Shown piece after piece: positions 32,991 to 45,201 of a stretch of 64,000 nt of DNA. The DNA comes from Leptogorgia sarmentosa (taxonomy: Eukaryota), in NCBI GenBank assembly GCA_964658305.1, contig OZ210885.1:11656001-11720000 (forward strand), written 5' to 3'. The notes beneath the pieces are model-generated. The model was not told the origin of the DNA. It did no database searches and saw only the letters and a program-made list of their open reading frames with translations. The position numbers and the translations under genes are program-made. Every line of letters starts with the position of its first letter. Position 1 is the first letter of the stretch.

Positions 32991-34106
32991 GTAAGATTTA
33001 CTGTGAAAATTGCATCTTAAGTATCAGTTAAGAACGACCCACACTTGAGATCGCTGATAACTTGGAATATGGTGAAAAATCAACTACTTACTCACCAAGC
33101 ATGAGGTGTGCACGGTAAATATCAAACCGAGGCCAATGTCAAGACATGAAGACCGAGATTTGAAAGTTAACCATGCAGACGAAACAGTCCAAGTCAACGA
33201 AAAGACGAAGTCTGCGTATTTTCGTACGGAACTGATACTCAATTTTTGGCACTATCTTTCTTTTCACGTACAGATTCTGAATTACGAAAATTTAAAAAAA
33301 TGCGAGGTGTTGGAACATGATATTTTGCCAAAGGCACGTGACGACAAATGAGCTAATCACATGTGCCAAATACTCTATAAAGCGTGTCAATCTTGTGGGG
33401 TCCCCGAATTTTTGGCTTGGGGGACGACTATATAACTGTCCCCAACTGTTTACCATTTCTCCTTTTTTTTACTAGTGAATGAATGACCTTACCAAAGAGG
33501 TAGAGTTAAGGTTCTGAAATGGGCGTTTCCGGCAACGTTTCAGAAACGTTTTCCACCCTAAGAAAATCAGAAACCCCCAAGTTTGGGAATGTCTTCCCTG
33601 TATTCTACCCATTGTGCCTATTACGTAATATACAATTTCAGTGGAACATTCAAATATTTTTCAATATCCCGAAATTCCCGAAATACTTGGAATGCTGGTT
33701 GTTTTGGTAAAAAATAGTCATAATCGAATATTAGTATACCGGGTGTGCCGAAAAACCCAAACCATTGAAATTAACGCATTGTTTGTATTTGAATGCCCTA
33801 ACAATAAGCTAATCCCAGTTTGGTTCTAAACAATCTGGACGCACAATACAAGTATGTCTTAATTTCTTAATCGCTGTTTACAGATCTTTGACTTCCAAGG
33901 GCCCTCAAATTCCAACAATGCGTTAATTTCATTGTATTTTGGGTTTTTTGAGTCTTTATTTTACTTTATATCATATTTTAGACTATTATTCATTGCCAGA
34001 AATATTGATATTGCTACTCCACATACCCTTGTTTCCACGTTTAATATTCATTTAAGACAATGTTGCAATTTCTCTGAAGTCTTCAACCTTTAGGTTGGAG
34101 TTGTTT

Positions 34107-34408
34107 TCAATGCGAGGATAACTTATTAAGACGAAGGAAGCAGACCCGACCTCCTGCCAGGCCAACACAAACCATTCCACTTGAGCTACATGCTATGGCT
34201 AAAACATACCCGTCGAAATGAAACTCTTCAACACACTCTCCATTTGGTAGCTTCCACAGTTTCAGCGTCTTATCACAATCCGAGCACGACAACAGAAATT
34301 CTCCTTCAGGCGCTAATGCCAAGGCACTGATCCATTCGCCCTTTTGAATTGGAAATCTGTGGAGAACCTTTCCAGTTCTGAAGTTCTCAATCACCAAAGA
34401 ACCATGAC
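34107..34408 (-). CDS. WD40-repeat protein, terminal exon
   Basis: TTTTAG acceptor, phase 1; WISALALAPEGEFLLSCSDCDKTLKLWKL...CVGLAGGRVCFLRL-stop, a typical beta-propeller C-terminus. Confidence 0.85.
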
Positions 34409-34521
34409 CTAAAAACGTGACTTAAAATTTTTAAATCTGTTAAGGCGATGTTACGCGAGGCAATTTTTGTGATCAATTTTGGGTTGATAGCCATGTTTTA
34501 TATTTATAGTGGCTGTTACGA

Positions 34522-34690
34522 GCCGCTTTTATGCTCTCATAGAAATTAGTAATAGGTGCGGGCGTACATTTAGGGATGCGCGGGTAGTTTTGACACCTCA
34601 ACTTTTCCGCAAGTGTCAAAACTGCCCGCGCATCTCAGAATTTGCGCCCGCAAACATTAGTATAATTTCTATTAAAAGCATAAAGCGGGG
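34522..34690. repeat. Imperfect ~170-bp palindrome (MITE-like)
   Basis: GATGCGCGGGTAGTTTTGACAC / GTGTCAAAACTGCCCGCGCATC core with outer arms. Confidence 0.6.
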
Positions 34691-35788
34691 GTGGAGCAGG
34701 TAGGGTCCAGAGGTCACGTTATTTAAGTTGCTGTCTCAGAAATTGTTCACGTAGACCGCTAGTACACATTATTAAACAGGGACTTATCTGTACAAATTTT
34801 CTGCGAGCCTTATCTTAAAAACATAGCTTTAAATCAGCCGTTTCGCAACATGCAGCTAAAACTGCCTGATCCAAGGGTCAATTAGTCAGGGAATATTGCT
34901 GACCCATATAGCCGTTATGGAAACTTGCCGATCTATCAGATGATCTCAATACACGAAGAAGGACTGGGACTATAGATGTCGCGTAGCATACCATTTTTCG
35001 ATTGAAACAAATGAATTTCTGCTATTATATACTTTATTTTGACTCCATAATTTTGTCAGAGCTTTAGTTCTCATAACCAAACATAATTACGAAATTTGAA
35101 CTAGTTTCATACAGAACAACAGAAGATATAATCGAGGGAATATAGCGAAATGGATTTCTATTCGGACAACTCTTTCTGAGTGCTGACTGGCTAAGACACG
35201 AACCACTGAGCTAAAGAAAGACTGCAGACAGTGCATGCTCGTATCAATTTTCTCATAAAGGAGTGAGGCTTAATTGCAGGATTCGCACAATCCAGTGTTT
35301 GTCAGTTCAGTGGGTTGTCCATCTACGACAGGTCTTCCAAATTGCCTTGGGTTTTTATTTTCCCGGGTGAAATTGCCGGGGGGACTTAGTACCCTCGCCA
35401 GGCCTTACGCTCGCACGCTCGGGAAAAATACATACAGACTAAGCTGTGGGGAATGCTCAAAGTTTCCGTGCGAATACTTGTTAGATAACATAGTTGCAAG
35501 TCAAACGGGTAATGCACGTGGTGTTACGTGAGGTTAAGCCTACTGGAATGCGGTATATTCGCAGGGGAGGTTTCGCATTCGGAGATTCAAAATGCAGCAT
35601 ATTCGCATGTTACTTCCATTGCTTGGATAACTTCTTGTTGGTTTGAAAAGTCTCGTGTCTAGGCATTTGTGCAGTGGACGGGGAACAAGGGCGTGGACGG
35701 AATGTCGGAGAGTAAGGCTGTGCTGATACTCGAAGAATTGCGCAACCACACGTTGTTGCAATTGAGATTAAAAAATGAAATAAATTAC

Positions 35789-36044
35789 CTAAAATAGCCA
35801 CATGGCTGCCAGAATTGTTCACCCTAAAAACTCTTCTGAAAAAATGACCAGAAACCCTGTCGTTCAACTCTTTGTTCAGTTCCCACTTTGTGAACGATAT
35901 TTGCTCTGCAGCTCCATTATCAACTCCCCTCTTGTAAGAATAAACACCAAAAAGGAAGTTCTGGACCACGCGAATTCTTTCAATTCCACCCCGCGCATCT
36001 GATCTGTAACGATGCACAATTCCTTTGGCATTTATCCGCGCAAC
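35789..36044 (-). CDS. WD40-repeat protein, penultimate exon
   Basis: GACAG acceptor (phase 0), open frame VARINAKG...SHVAIL, GTAATT donor (phase 1) matching both neighbours. Confidence 0.75.
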
Positions 36045-37181
36045 CTGTCAAAATAATAATTTACTGTTTAATACAAAATTGTTCCATTGGCTATTTACTC
36101 AGCAAAATAAGATGAACGTCTTCCGATTTTTAACACTTATGATTATGTATTTTAAATTAAATAATTCCGATGCGGAGTGCTAAATTTGTTTTCTTCGTTG
36201 CGTGAAACTGCTTGAAACGTAACAAAGTAATTGGAAAAATTAACTTCAGAATTGGAATTGTTGAATTTAATTTACACATGCAGTATTAGTGACTGAAGCC
36301 AAGCGCGCAAATCGTCGGGGGGGGGGGGGAGGGGGGATTGTGTCTGTGCAGGAAACATTGAGTTTAAATTAAAATGAAGTATGGCGTTTCGCAATTATCG
36401 TATCAGTATTCAGCAGTTATGTTTCGTAAAATTATCCTGCTAAATTACTGTAATATGTGCGAAGCACGAGTGGCATTTCTGATCAACAAACATATATGCA
36501 ATTAATACTTATACCGCGTTGTTTGGTTTGTTTTTAAAATCAACGCCGGCTCCTCGGCTGTGACGGTGTAATCAATAAAAATAGTTAGTACACGCCTGTG
36601 TAATGAATGTTTAATTCGTACAGTTCTTAAAAGTTTTGACAATCAACGGAATTGACAATGATATCAATATAAGAATTAACTGTATTCACAATGTTGATAT
36701 GTATTATCCTCTTTTCAAACTGTTTATTGCGCACCGGGTTAACTTGTTACGCATGCAAGAAAGATACAGTGGCATTGGTGTTTACTTCAGTTTAAATATG
36801 ATGCCTTGAATTATATAATTCACTTCATAATTTACGTCTTGGCATTTCTGTTTTCCCAGTAAATTGCTGTAACATGTTAGATTTTATATTAACTTTGGTG
36901 TCTGCTGTACGAATTTTCCTCCTTCTATATTCAGCTCATTTCTTTGTCATACCCTTTCCTTTTTTTATGACCCAAATATAAATATTTTTGTTTATTCAGT
37001 CATATCTTCTTATTTTTCTCTTACTTTGTTTTTAAACTTAGTTCGGGATGGCATGGGCGCCATTTTTCCTGCTTGTGGATCAAACTTTACGTTATACAAG
37101 ATTTATTTTCTTTTTGTAAGAATTATTTCTTTGTCAAACTTGCATATGGTTGAAATTTTGTAGGTGTAAAGCAGTTTATAA

Positions 37182-37489
37182 GGGACCGGTCATTATTTAT
37201 GGTGGGGGTGGGGGCGGAAGAGAAAATGGTGGGGTAGCTAAATAACTATAGGCACTCCTGGGTGGGGTAAAATATGATATGAAAAGGTACCACTCGCTAC
37301 GGACGCCTTGGACAACAGTGGAACTTGTTCCAGCTTGATTGATTACCCCAGTTATTTATCAAGTTGGTCGCCTTGTTTTAAAAAGTGGGATAAAATTTTT
37401 TTGTAAAAAGAAAGTGGGGTAAGAAAAATTTTGGCTTTAAAACATTTTCTCTTCAGCCCCCGCCCCTGCCATAGATAATGATCGCTCCC
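37182..37489. mobile_element. PIF/Harbinger-type MITE
   Basis: Imperfect ~45-bp TIRs GGGACCGGTCATTATTTATGG / CCATAGATAATGATCGCTCCC; TAA TSD both sides. Confidence 0.75.
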
Positions 37490-39005
37490 TAATATTCCAG
37501 TAATTTGACTAGAAGTGCTTGGTGGCTATTAGTGGTGCTACATTTATTGGATGAAATTGATTCCGAACACACAGGTTATGCATAAGGCGTTGTTTCTATA
37601 ATGTAATGTTATGTTAATTCTAAGTAACATATCAATTTTTATCGAACTTGTGACAAAGGTGTGAGTTTTAGAATCCATTTTGCTATACTAACTCAATTAT
37701 ATCTTTTGTTATTCTGTATTAAACTAGTTGAAAATTTGTAATTATGTTTGGTAATGTGAACTTTAGCCCTGACAAAAATATGGAAATGAAATAATTAAAA
37801 GTATATTATGTGAGATTTCAATCGAAAATGGATTTGAATGTGACAACAAGTCTCAGTCCTTTTCCGTGTATTGGGGTCATCTTGATGTTGACAGTATCAG
37901 TAATTAATATACTTATGAATATAAACTCGACATAGAAATCTCAGACAGACTTGTATGGATGGGAAAGGTATATTGCTTCAACTGGGGAATTTGAAATCAA
38001 TATCAGCTTGAGGCTGGGGACATTTTGCATACTGTACAACACTGAGCACTATTTACGTTCTTTACTTTTTACGTTCAAAGCGATGCAAGCCTAACCCTAA
38101 CACAAAAGATTCCGATTATTACAAAAATATGATATAGTGATGAAACTACATGACCATATGAAACCATGATACAGAAAATCAAGATATTTTGAAACTTGAT
38201 TCAATGATTTTTAAGCCAAAAATACATTTCATACTATCTATAGCTGTATAGTTGATGTTTGTCAAAGTCGAGTAGTTTTATAACATAGTAGACAGTTAGA
38301 TGCCAAAAAACACACAGTATAAGTGTGAGATATTTTCCATTTCTTCATTTATGAAGATATCGATCACGTGATCCTTTCCTGGCAATAAATTTGAGTATTT
38401 AAAATGGCGACGTTAGTGTAAGAGCCGCGAACCAATCTTCATGGTAGTTTATTATTAAAAAAACGAACATGCTTTTGACGAAAAAATGAAAATACTCGAA
38501 GAAAAAAATAAAATGATGCACAGGTTATCTTCAAATTTCGATATGATGTAATTAGCTGAAATTCATAATTTTCAAATAATCATGCAGGTTTACTGACTGT
38601 GGGTTATTAATATTTGCGACTGCATAATAAAGAGTCGTAAAATATTGTTTTCGCCAGTCGAATTTCAAATTCATGTATTGCATCGCTGTGTAATATCTGG
38701 TATACGTATAGAGTATGATATATCTAGAACGCAGCTGCACATATGAAATATTTTACCTATGTGGCTGCCTCTGCTCCTGTCTTTGACAGGGTGTATAAAG
38801 GAAAAGATTACAACTCAATTTTTTTCTAAACGAACGCACAAAATGTGGAAAAACTTTCAGTGGTGTAACACTCTCGTACGTTAGCACTAAGTAAAAAATG
38901 CGTGGCTGAACGCGGTTCAAAAATGGCGTGCGGACAAAAGAGTTTTCTTTTAACGATTTTAATGGGTGCTAATAGACCAAGTGCGTTTTGAAATAGAAAG
39001 TATTA

Positions 39006-39947
39006 TGTGACCGGATGATGCGTATCCGTATTTACCTATTTTGTTAGTTAAATGGCGTAGTTAGGCCACAGTAATTTCCTATGCAAACCCCAATTACGCA
39101 AATAGTTTCAAGCTTATCCAAGGTCATAGCTTAAGGGAAGTCAAAACTGCAGAATCATGCTTCTAGCATTATCTTGCGACGCAGATCCTGTTTTTGTGGT
39201 TAATTTTCTGTAACGTAAAGTTGCTTTCAGCATGAGTGAGCAACCGCAAATCTTCCTTTTACCACGCATTTTACGCAAATGCTACGCACGCGAAAATTGC
39301 TAATCTTCCTGTGTGTGATTATAAATTGAGCGCACAAAAGTATAATACTGATTCAGTCGCTGTTGCGCAGTCACGGTTAACGCGTATAATGTACGGAATC
39401 TACGTATATATTGGTCGGTCAATGTGGATATACGACGTATGTTTGTAAGAAACCACGCGGAGTCAAGCCTCGGGTGACATTAGGTAAATTGTTAGTTTTT
39501 ACTGTGTAATCTTTGCATTTCATTGTATAATTAGTTTTGTTAATCTTTGCGCTTACTAGAGTGTAGTAACGACCTTTGCTTGACCTTCTGTCGACGTGTC
39601 GATTAGCAGTCGATTAGCGCTAGCTGTTGTAGCTGCCAACTGCTTAATTGCCTAAATAGTTTAATCACTTATGTATTCTGTGCTTAATATGGCTTAGTTA
39701 TGCTTTAGATTGTTTTATTGCAACCTATTATCTTTAGCTTTTGATTTGTATTTTGATTCATATTATCTCAGTTAATTGTCATATATTTAGTATATTTCCT
39801 TATTCTTGTTACATTAGTGTTCAATTCGTTCTCGTTTATTCGTTTATTGTATTCGTTTATTGTATTCTGGTTTGTAATCGCTTATTAAATTCTTTAAAAA
39901 CTCACTCGTATCTTTGTGCGTAACCCGACCGTACCGGCCGTCTTACA
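39006..39947 (+). repeat. 5' LTR
   Basis: TGTGACCGG...CCGTCTTACA; repeated at an offset of 6196. Confidence 0.96.
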
Positions 39948-39950
39948 TTT

Positions 39951-39968
39951 TGGTGTCAGAAGTGGGAT
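39951..39968 (+). promoter_or_regulatory. Primer-binding site for tRNA-Leu(CAA)
   Basis: TGGTGTCAGAAGTGGGAT; 17/18 complementary to the 3' end plus CCA of the tRNA-Leu(CAA) genes in this window. Confidence 0.9.
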
Positions 39969-40035
39969 ACGAGTTGTTCTGTTTGAGAAGCTTGATAAGA
40001 ATAATACAAAACGAGAACGAATTAGCACTGTAGGT

Positions 40036-41061
40036 ATGGCAACAGAAGAAGCTATTAAGGCGCTGGCCGACAAACTGAAGGAGTTGGAGACTCAACTTGC
40101 ACAATCCCAGCCTGGACCGATAACGGTAAAAGTTCCAAGAGACAGGAAGCTACGAAGGTTCACAGGAGTACGGGACGATAGCCTTCTCGAGGACTGGATC
40201 GTAGACGCCGAGCGGTCAATAGCTGGACAAACCGATGCCGACGCGGTGGATTTCCTGATGTACCAGTTGGACGGTGCAGCGAAGGACGAGGTACGACTGA
40301 GACCGGCTGGGGAGAGAGAAAGACCTGCACAGCTGTTTAAGATCCTGCGTGATAGTTTCGGCGAGGGGCTAACCAGTACACAAGCCATGCGGAAGTTCTT
40401 CGAGCGTAAGCAACGGGATCGAGAGACGGTACGGGACTTCTGTCATGCGTTAATGCTCCTGTTGGCTCGTGTAGAACGCTTGCAAGGTACGGACGTCCCG
40501 AACAAAGATCGACTCCTGCAGGATCAGCTTCTGGAAAACCTCCGTGATGCTAGCCTTCGACGCGATATCAAGCGCTGGGTGCGTGATCATCCCGATAAAT
40601 CGTTCCAGCAAATACGCGAAGAGGTTCAGCATTGGATTGACGAGGATGGCAATAACTCCCGGTCGGCGCGTGTACGCGAAGTGGCGCAGGTAGAAGATGA
40701 TGCTACCACGTGCGAGTCCACGCAAGCGGTACCCAACCTCCAGAAAGTAATCAACGATTTAGTCTCGGGGCAGCGGATCTTGACGGAAAGCCTACAAAAG
40801 CAGCAAGATCTACTGACGGACCACATCGAGCAGCAGCGTAGGGCCACGAAGAGAAACGAACGGGCTATCGCGGAGTTGCGCGCGGGCAAACGAGAGCCAC
40901 AAGACCGTAAGAGACTCGAGTGTTATGGTTGCGGTAAAGTCGGACATTATCGGCGAGATTGTCCCAACGAGGAGCAAAATCGTGTTCCGGGCGGCGGAAA
41001 GGCGGACGAGAGGAGTGGCCGAAGGAAGTCGGCTTTAAACGAGAACACTCCACGGCAGTGA
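40036..41061 (+). CDS. gag: Gag with CCHC zinc knuckle
   Basis: ATG at 40036; capsid-like KLRRFTG...EDW, RKQ..RETV.DF; CYGCGKVGHYRRDC. Confidence 0.93.
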   Translation: MATEEAIKALADKLKELETQLAQSQPGPITVKVPRDRKLRRFTGVRDDSLLEDWIVDAERSIAGQTDADAVDFLMYQLDGAAKDEVRLRPAGERERPAQLFKILRDSFGEGLTSTQAMRKFFERKQRDRETVRDFCHALMLLLARVERLQGTDVPNKDRLLQDQLLENLRDASLRRDIKRWVRDHPDKSFQQIREEVQHWIDEDGNNSRSARVREVAQVEDDATTCESTQAVPNLQKVINDLVSGQRILTESLQKQQDLLTDHIEQQRRATKRNERAIAELRAGKREPQDRKRLECYGCGKVGHYRRDCPNEEQNRVPGGGKADERSGRRKSALNENTPRQ

Positions 41062-41094
41062 GCCATGCCGTGGAGAAGGATAACAGTGGCTCAT
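41034..41094 (+). promoter_or_regulatory. -1 programmed ribosomal frameshift signal (slippery heptamer plus pseudoknot)
   Basis: T_TTA_AAC in the gag frame; 7-nt spacer; 10-bp stem; loop pairs with downstream TGGCTCA. Confidence 0.85.
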
Positions 41095-44000
41095 ATCCTC
41101 ACAAAAACTGTTGCGGACGAACACTTTTAGTGGGCGAAACACCTACTTTAACGGTGAAACTAAACGGCATCGAAGTACCGTGCGTGATAGATACTGGCTC
41201 GATGGTATCCTTCGTTACGGAAGAATTCTATAAGAAGAAACTCCAACAAACCTGTGGTCGCATTGAAACTGGGCACCTGATGACCCTCCGGGCCGCTAAT
41301 GGGTTGGAAATTCCATATATGGGATACATTGAACTAGACGTTGAGGTTGACGGGGTCAGAATTCCGGGTTGCGGAATATTGGTCTTAAAAGACACCCCTG
41401 CTGCTGTTAGTAATAGACGGGTCGCCCCTGGTCTCCTTGGAACGAACGTGTTGGCACACCTACCGAAGTTCGCAGAGATACTCCAGCCTTCATCACTTAG
41501 TAAACGGCGAAGTCTAGCGACGAAATCGTCCGGATTCGTTCGAGTTTCGGGAAGAGATGCTGTCCTGGTACCGGCAAATTCCGTAGCCAACGTGAACGTG
41601 AATGGTACACCGTGCGGGTCGTGCGCGTTAGTGGAACCGTTGCGTGGTCCCCTCCCAGGGAACCTGATAATTGCCAATACTCTCGTGGACGCGTCTCGAA
41701 CTTGTTTTTCTATTCAGGTTGCTAACCCAACCTCGAAGGACATTTGGCTAAAACCCCGGACACGTCTAGCTGTGGTGTGCAGTATCGGAAGAATCATGAC
41801 CAGCGAGACATTGAACGTCGACGTGCGGACGGACGAGATTATTGTGTCGTGTACTGAGGTAGCGGGACCTCAGCAAGTCGGAGACACTACTGATGGAGAC
41901 ACTGGGACCGTGATCCTACCTCGTGGTATCGCCTTATCCGATTTCCCCGGCACTCCAGATGAGAAGCAGAGAGCCACGGAGCTATTTAAGAAGTACGCTG
42001 ATGTCTTCGCCCACGATAACATGGACTTAGGGAGGACGACAGCAATTAAACATGGCATTCCAACGGTCGATGACAAGCCGGTGACTCAGCGCCACCGAAG
42101 AATACCCCCCAATCAATTCGCTGAAGTAAAGCAACACCTGCAAGAATTGCTAGACAAGGGCGTGATACGGCCGAGCCAAAGTGACTACTCTTCGCCAATC
42201 GTCCTAGTACGTAAGAAAAACGGTGACTTGCGACTGTGTGTAGACTACCGGCAGCTAAATGCGAAGGTGAAACGCGATGCGTACCCTCTACCCAGAATCG
42301 AAGAAAGTCTTGACGTGCTCGGAGGTGCGAAGTACTTCTCGACGATAGACTTGGCGGCGGCATATAACCAAGTAGAAGTTGAACCGGATGATCGACGTAA
42401 AACGGCATTCACTACTCCATTCGGGCTGTTCGAGTACAACCGTATGCCATTTGGTTTGTGCGGAGCACCGGGGACGTTCCAACGAGTGATGCAAACCATT
42501 TTCCGAGATGAACTGCTACAGGTATTGATTGTGTACCTTGACGACATAATCGTGTTTAGCGAAGATATCGGGGAGCATCTTAAACGTTTGGAACTTGTGT
42601 TTCGTAAGCTACGAGAACATGGTCTCAAGATCGAACCCAAGAAGTGCCAGTTCTTCTGCTTGAAAGTTACATACCTTGGACATGTTGTGTCAGCGGAAGG
42701 TGTGGCCACCGACCCCTCAAAGACTGAAGTGGTGACGAATTGGCCCGAACCGAAAACGTTGAAGGAGCTTCGATCGTTCCTGGGGTTCGCATCTTACTAT
42801 CGCAAATTTGTCCCTGGATTCGCTCAGGTAGCGAAGCCGCTACACGAACTTGTCGCTAGCTTATACGATGGCGGGAAGAGCGGGAAACAGAGGAATAAGC
42901 CAATCGGAGACTTGTGGCAAGAACGTTGTCAAGGAGCCTTTCAGAATTTAAAAGCAGCTCTAACCAGTCCACCGGTCCTCGCGTACCCGGTTTACTCCAA
43001 ACCCTTTATTGTCGAGGTAGATGCTTCTAATGACGGACTTGGCGCGGTGCTATCGCAAGAACAGGATGGTAAAGTCAGGCCAATTGCGTACGCCAGCCGA
43101 GGCCTTAGAGGAGCCGAGAAGAACATGAGCAACTACTCATCGCGGAAACTAGAACTTCTTGCACTTAAATGGGCAGTTACGGAAAAGTTTCGCGAGTATT
43201 TGATCTCTTCTACGTTCACCGTATTAACTGATAATAACCCACTAACGTATTTGCAATCGAAAAGCAAACTGAAGGCAGTGGAGCAACGCTGGGCGTCCGA
43301 GTTAGCGAATTTCAACTTCGAGATCAAGTATCGAGCCGGAAAGAGTAACGTGAACGCCGACGCCCTGAGCAGGATGAAGCAGTCGGACGACCGGATCCAC
43401 GATGTAAATTACGTGCAGTCGTGCCTCGAAGATAGTACCGGCACTACTATCCTACCAGAAAGATTGCGCGCGAATCTACTGAACTCTGCTACGTTCCTCG
43501 CGGATCAGAATCTAGTCGATGTTTCCCAAGTCCTGACAGAGCGATCCCTGCCGAGCAGTCCAACGTTGCCAGCCTGGGATGACAGCTACCTACGGAGGCT
43601 GCAGCTGGGGGATCCTGCAATTGGTCGTCTAATCCACTACCGCAAACTGGATCGGAAACCTTCCCGTGGAGAACGTGTGAACGAGTCAAGTGAAGCAATG
43701 AAGCTGATTCGACAGTGGGATCTCATCACCGAGCAGTCCTCGATACTCTACCGCGCTATCACACGAGACGACGGCAACACCCAACTACAGCTCTTGTTAC
43801 CACACGGGATTCGTAAAGAGATGCTCAGTCGTGTCCATGACGAATGTGGTCATCAAGGTCTCGAACGGACAGAGAAGTTAATTCGTGAGCGTTGCTGGTG
43901 GCCTGGACTCCACAACGACGTTAAGGAATATGTCACGCAATGCCAACGTTGTGCAATTGCGAAGGGTCCTTATACGGCAGTGAAGACCCCCCTGAAGAGT

Positions 44001-45086
44001 TTTATGGCAACGAAGCCCCTGGAAGTGCTGGCAATGGACTTCACGCAGTTAGAGAAATCGGCAGATGGGAGAGAAAATGTGTTGGTTCTAACTGACGTGT
44101 TCTCAAAGTTTACCATAGCCGTGCCCACTCGAGACCAGAAAGCCACTACGGTAGTTAAGACCCTGATACGGGAATGGTTCCTGGTGTACGGGGTACCGAA
44201 GCGAATACATTCGGATCAAGGCCGAAGCTTCGAAGCGGAAGTGGTCGCGGAGCTGTGCGAAATGTACGGAGTAAAGAAATCTCGCAGCACCCCATACCAT
44301 CCGGAAGGGAATGGACAGTGCGAGCGCTTCAACAGAACCCTCCATGACCTCCTACGGACCCTACCCGAGAAGAAGAAGAGGCGATGGCCTGAACACCTGA
44401 AGGAACTATGTTACGCATATAACGCAACACCCCATTCGTCCACCGGATATGCTCCATACTACCTTCTGTTTGGAATCGACCCCAAGCTCCCAGTTGATCT
44501 CATTCTACCCACGGAGAATGAGGGGCAGCAAACGGAACAGAGCGAATGGTTGACCTTGCATCAAGATCGGTTACGTGAGGCTCATGCGAGAGCTCGACGT
44601 AAGTTAGAAACAGAGGCTCTGCTACGGAAACGGCAATTCGATCGTCACACCAATGTGAAGCCGAATGAGATCTCAGTCGGAGAAAGAGTTTTCGTGCGCA
44701 ACCACCCGAAAGGCAGATGCAAAATTCAGAACAAATGGAAGAATACGGTATTCAAGGTCGTACGGAAGCAAGGTGACGTATACGAGATTGAACCGGCGGA
44801 TGGACAAGGGGAACCTAAGACCGTGAATAGATCAGAGCTTCAGGTTTGTCCCAAACCAAGGCAAACGGACACGAGGTCCAACAGATCAAGACGAAAGTTG
44901 TCCCAAAGTAACAGGAATGACGAGAGCTCATCGGATGAAGAAGCGAGTGTTGAAATCACAATCCCTCAGCGAGAGAACAGAAGGTTCCAGGAAGATGGTG
45001 ATCCACCTCAACGACTTCGTCGCTCTCATAGAAGAAACAAGGGGCAACATGGTAATCCTTACAATCAACCCAGAAGTGCGAGATAA
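41040..45086 (+). CDS. pol: Pol (aspartic protease, RT, RNase H, integrase) in the -1 frame
   Basis: VIDTGS; LRLCVDYRQLN; YLDD; VDAS..GLGAVLSQ; H-x4-H...CxxC; DDE core (MDF, HSDQG, ERFNRTL); no stops. Confidence 0.97.
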   Translation, partial: REHSTAVSHAVEKDNSGSYPHKNCCGRTLLVGETPTLTVKLNGIEVPCVIDTGSMVSFVTEEFYKKKLQQTCGRIETGHLMTLRAANGLEIPYMGYIELDVEVDGVRIPGCGILVLKDTPAAVSNRRVAPGLLGTNVLAHLPKFAEILQPSSLSKRRSLATKSSGFVRVSGRDAVLVPANSVANVNVNGTPCGSCALVEPLRGPLPGNLIIANTLVDASRTCFSIQVANPTSKDIWLKPRTRLAVVCSIGRIMTSETLNVDVRTDEIIVSCTEVAGPQQVGDTTDGDTGTVILPRGIALSDFPGTPDEKQRATELFKKYADVFAHDNMDLGRTTAIKHGIPTVDDKPVTQRHRRIPPNQFAEVKQHLQELLDKGVIRPSQSDYSSPIVLVRKKNGDLRLCVDYRQLNAKVKRDAYPLPRIEESLDVLGGAKYFSTIDLAAAYNQVEVEPDDRRKTAFTTPFGLFEYNRMPFGLCGAPGTFQRVMQTIFRDELLQVLIVYLDDIIVFSEDIGEHLKRLELVFRKLREHGLKIEPKKCQFFCLKVTYLGHVVSAEGVATDPSKTEVVTNWPEPKTLKELRSFLGFASYYRKFVPGFAQVAKPLHELVASLYDGGKSGKQRNKPIGDLWQERCQGAFQNLKAALTSPPVLAYPVYSKPFIVEVDASNDGLGAVLSQEQDGKVRPIAYASRGLRGAEKNMSNYSSRKLELLALKWAVTEKFREYLISSTFTVLTDNNPLTYLQSKSKLKAVEQRWASELANFNFEIKYRAGKSNVNADALSRMKQSDDRIHDVNYVQSCLEDSTGTTILPERLRANLLNSATFLADQNLVDVSQVLTERSLPSSPTLPAWDDSYLRRLQLGDPAIGRLIHYRKLDRKPSRGERVNESSEAMKLIRQWDLITEQSSILYRAITRDDGNTQLQLLLPHGIRKEMLSRVHDECGHQGLERTEKLIRERCWWPGLHNDVKEYVTQCQRCAIAKGPYTAVKTPLKSFMATKPLEVLAMDFTQLEKSADGRENVLVLTDVFSKFTIAVPTRDQKATTVVKTLIREWFLVYGVPKRIHSDQGRSFEAEVVAELCEMYGVKKSRSTPYHPEGNGQCERFNRTLHDLLRTLPEKKKRRWPEHLKELCYAYNATPHSSTGYAPYYLLFGIDPKLPVDLILPTENEGQQTEQSEWLTLHQDRLREAHARARRKLETEALLRKRQFDRHTNVKPNEISVGERVFVRNHPKGRCKIQNKWKNTVFKVVRKQGDVYEIEPADGQGEPKTVNRSELQVCPKPRQTDTRSNRSRRKLSQSNRNDESSSDEEASVEITIPQRENRRFQEDGDPPQRLRRSHRRNKGQHGNPYNQPRSAR

Positions 45087-45186
45087 GTAACGAACTAAAA
45101 CAGTGTGTTAAGTACTGAACAATTAAGAATCATAAGTCTATTAGAATAGTAATTGTAGTTATTGTTCGCTTGGGGACATGACGAAC

Positions 45187-45201
45187 AAAAGTAGGGAGGA
45201 T
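45187..45201 (+). promoter_or_regulatory. Polypurine tract
   Basis: AAAAGTAGGGAGGAT directly before the 3' LTR. Confidence 0.85.

Noticed and set aside
35274..35788. Extra WD40 coding sequence in overlapping ORFs
   Set aside because: The donor at 35788 is phase-matched to the acceptor at 34408, and the intervening ORFs are not protein-like
40092..44345. Antisense ORFs within gag-pol
   Set aside because: Shadow frames of a GC-richer coding strand; no recognisable domains
45087..45201. env-like third ORF in the Gypsy element
   Set aside because: Only ~115 bp between the pol stop and the 3' LTR
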